DNA of 29,467 bases from Candidatus Margulisiibacteriota bacterium (GTDB lineage: Bacteria > Margulisbacteria > WOR-1 > O2-12-FULL-45-9): contig JAYEOW010000043.1 of assembly GCA_034723395.1 (NCBI GenBank), positions 1-29,467 on the forward strand, written 5' to 3'. Below, one piece after another: positions 28,101-29,467 of the stretch. Under the pieces are notes generated by a model that worked only from the letters and a program-made list of their open reading frames with translations, was not told where the DNA came from and made no database searches. Both the position numbers and the translations under genes were made by a program. Each line of letters begins with the position of its first letter. The first letter of the stretch is position 1.

Positions 28101-29312
28101 TACGTGTTTGGTCTTTAGGTAGCTGTAACTTACCTGAAGCCGATTTTCTTTGGCAGGAAGGGTGGGGAGTAATAGGGTGATCATGCCGGTATCATATCTG
28201 ATTGTATAATCTTTATCTTTGCTAAGGACCGCGCCCTGAAAGATCAGGATTTCGGAAAAAAGGGCAATCGGGCAGTGCTTTAACCGGTAGTGACCTGACT
28301 CTTCTTCCCCTTTTATATCTTCTTGTCCCGGCTGGGAAATCTCTCCGAAAATTGAGGGGAATACTTCGTACCCTTTTAAGTAGGTCTTTTTAAGCCTGGG
28401 GATGGGTTTTCCCCAGGTGGCGGGATCGGTTTTTATCCTGGCCTGAAAGCCGAAGAAATCTTTTTTGCTAAGGGCGGGGAAGAAAATATCCGATATATTC
28501 GTATATTCGTAACTATAGGAGAATTCATCGGTCTCGTTTAAGATCCGGTCGAAAGTAATTGTTCCTTCGAGGTAATCAATAATGTAATCTTTCCCTTTTT
28601 CAAGGGGTACATTGTTTAATTCTACGATTTCAGATCCCTCAATGATCGAGCCATGGCCCAGGCTGTAAGGGCCCTTTGTGTTGGCCCCGTTCTGGGTGGT
28701 ATAGCCCTGGACCTCACTTTTCAGCTTTGATGACGGGACTATGATTATCTCATGCCCTTCGTCCCGGCTGGTGAACATCATCCCATCTAATACTTTGGTG
28801 GTGTTAGCGAATTCATTTCCGGAGAAAGTGGCGGTAAGGTCGCCGAAAGTCAGCTCGTGTTTATTGTTGTAGTTTAGTTTAACATTATACCGGTCCGGGG
28901 ATGCCGGTTCCTGCTGGATATCATAGGTTACGGTTAGCTTTTCTGAGAGCTGGGTCAATATTTTTAAAGATAACCTTTCTTGCCATGGGGCTCCTGTCGC
29001 AGTAGGAGAGTAACCGCCTAATTGGGTTAGCCCGGAGAAATAATTTGTGCCGGGAGAGACTTTTGCTCCGCGGTATTCCCATTTTTTATAACCGGATATG
29101 TCAAATTTGGGATAGGTCTCAGCTAAGGCGGGGAAGCTAGGGACTAAGATAGAAAAAATTAAACAGAAAAAGATGATCGATCTCAAAGCCCTCACCCAAC
29201 TTTTTATCATGCTTTTGGACATCCATTTTGTCCCTCTCCCTGAGGGAGAGGGAGCTAATAAAAAACCGTCGGCAAGAGAACTCTTGGGTGAGGGCGGTTT
29301 AACGCTCTTCAT
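25149..29312 (-). CDS. Large outer-membrane protein, SprA-like (candidate T9SS translocon)
   Basis: Signal peptide ending PALA. SprA-like N-terminal strands (ISG...QERLSLKI...FGD...F...LDG). Six SE.V..N...L....DY.IDY..G.I.F-type repeats. Long amphipathic beta region ending in Phe. The ORF-track start 29441 runs through the IS end; the likely start is ATG 29312 or a slightly later ATG. Confidence 0.75.
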   Translation of the reverse strand: MKSVKPPSPKSSLADGFLLAPSPSGRGTKWMSKSMIKSWVRALRSIIFFCLIFSILVPSFPALAETYPKFDISGYKKWEYRGAKVSPGTNYFSGLTQLGGYSPTATGAPWQERLSLKILTQLSEKLTVTYDIQQEPASPDRYNVKLNYNNKHELTFGDLTATFSGNEFANTTKVLDGMMFTSRDEGHEIIIVPSSKLKSEVQGYTTQNGANTKGPYSLGHGSIIEGSEIVELNNVPLEKGKDYIIDYLEGTITFDRILNETDEFSYSYEYTNISDIFFPALSKKDFFGFQARIKTDPATWGKPIPRLKKTYLKGYEVFPSIFGEISQPGQEDIKGEEESGHYRLKHCPIALFSEILIFQGAVLSKDKDYTIRYDTGMITLLLPTLPAKENRLQVSYSYLKTKHVQEVLPAISGRGPYTLYNSDIIPCSEQVFINDHPVTPDLDYHIDYENGRLIFNYEVPKTAAIKVDYVYIVKISPYKKAPGGLKQELTVGMTYLRESAKSGLGAASATNSESLNAADIIANNNTIYLSRYPILPTEEGGSINISVGGRILTPEVDYTVPSTEADPVTGYTKVTPNARLAYINDRNDLTDGYYTGTIKLLATIEATQEVSVNYTYRRSIISRHTGTGNGGRGPYYIRGYRNLVPGSENVEVWDTGSADTTVYTRNSSFEMDAGDLGYSINYYKDTPYITFNRELGPEKSYSAHFQYIPPAGPIGNNIKQDITGFDAEYELGDILKFTGNFATSKTDNVTVSEHTIEAVSFIPPTHTVSVIKHNTPAIIDGTEKVYVNNYLRNRDIDYIIDYETGTINFFYITLGTPDAVVVEYDYPDPGGIARVGETVDIAYKYGLETNLGDLTMKYSERAIGLDFTPLGGTAIGPGTSRRDLSANYTRANLHDLTMGFAYIENNSPVSGSRESFNRSFDRSYNMGFNPFGWAGISMGLRNVENKGDPLTTGGSYSAHSETNEYNGSFNPAGLNFGPISYVHSYNGSLTDGRDFLANTFSRNKYFHLTQGVGLTKRIKGGLDWQFNEPYTISGYRTSQEALTSKSTTKDLGYNLALDLTHGTLEKWIAYAKLLEHKTFNYFSTTEGNEVSKNVTYHTDLVPINILALSYDLTRSEKPTVIVEGKNPMSETGTTKVELSPLDYLSTGWVHTEDMIIHDTGRESSGNSDNYSGSWNVFTFEKASLDTSFGKYYRVETAPSGSIEAVTTTTDSFSQNYSLTLSPAPVISITPVFSKTNYQFTSTIDSPLQATAQTTGIGIDYTPESPFSASANYDLKITSIPTVSPRHKANLGIDAGYKVLDWGKVTVIQDEEYNGGEVLAGGMAPDIDYIKKTRTINIEFTVPQDNPVISAIVFNLAYKTVSFDNRLPGGDKDDLHAQMVTFDGTLNF
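29188..29295. repeat. 108-bp palindromic/MITE-like element in frame at the 5' end of the SprA-like gene
   Basis: 12-bp perfect inverted ends GCCCTCACCCAA/TTGGGTGAGGGC; internal hairpin TCCCTCTCCC-TGA-GGGAGAGGGA (29231-29253). Confidence 0.8.
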
Positions 29313-29319
29313 TGCGCAA

Positions 29320-29347
29320 ATAGTAACATAATAAAAAACGCTGTCAA
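29320..29347 (-). promoter_or_regulatory. Sigma70 promoter TTGACA-N16-(TGn)TACTAT, with the -35 supplied by the IS terminus
   Basis: The minus strand reads TTGACA gcgttttttattatgt TACTAT ttgcgca ATG. Confidence 0.6.
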
Positions 29348-29467
29348 GGCAAAGTAAAAATGTCCGGTTCTTAGCAAAATGAAAATGTCCGGTTTTTAAG
29401 CATGAACAAACCTCCTTCTTGATACGCTGAATCTTCTCCAAGGGTGGCTTTTAGGTAGGGGATAATA
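29342..29467 (-). mobile_element. Right end of an ISNCY/IS1202-type insertion sequence (partial)
   Basis: Terminus TGTC. Two 25-bp subterminal direct repeats containing AAAATGTCCGGTT (29349-29373, 29374-29398). Minus-strand ORF tail YYPLPKSHPWRRFSVSRRRFVHA* (29396-29467) carries the P..HPWR motif typical of these transposase C-termini. Confidence 0.72.

Noticed and set aside
29311..29341. dif/Xer site next to the IS end (TTATGTTACTA on the minus strand)
   Set aside because: Only a partial XerD-arm resemblance with no properly spaced XerC arm; also explained by the -10 region.
29349..29398. CRISPR array or iterons
   Set aside because: Only two adjacent 25-bp units with no spacer; better explained as IS subterminal repeats.
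29313..29441. First 43 codons of the 1430-aa ORF
   Set aside because: They run through the IS terminal repeats and the promoter, so they are unlikely to be translated.

Overview
Bacterial (diderm) genomic window dominated by what looks like a compact type IX secretion (T9SS)-like locus. It has a translationally coupled operon: a 208-aa exported protein, a 4624-aa giant surface protein with an N-terminal M23 peptidase and a C-terminal T9SS/FlgD-type sorting domain, and a PorV-family beta-barrel. Next come a second small sorting-domain cargo and a convergent ~1390-aa SprA-like outer-membrane protein, next to the end of an ISNCY/IS1202-type element. Upstream lie two Hanks-type Ser/Thr kinases, a lipoprotein, a beta-barrel-like protein, an AAA/DUF4143 ATPase and a 649-aa FN3/lectin-like protein. 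Unexplained structure includes: a 233-bp three-part mosaic relic (4656-4888) of a paralogous copy of the cassette; a ~600-aa nested insertion in the giant protein; three sigma28-like GAAA-N15-G..GA.A. promoters; several leaderless sigma70 promoters; and palindromic repeats inserted in frame in the secretion genes. Gene style is reminiscent of Saganbacteria/Margulisbacteria-like candidate phyla, but that is an impression and is not shown by the sequence. All domain calls come from motifs read by eye; no searches were run.
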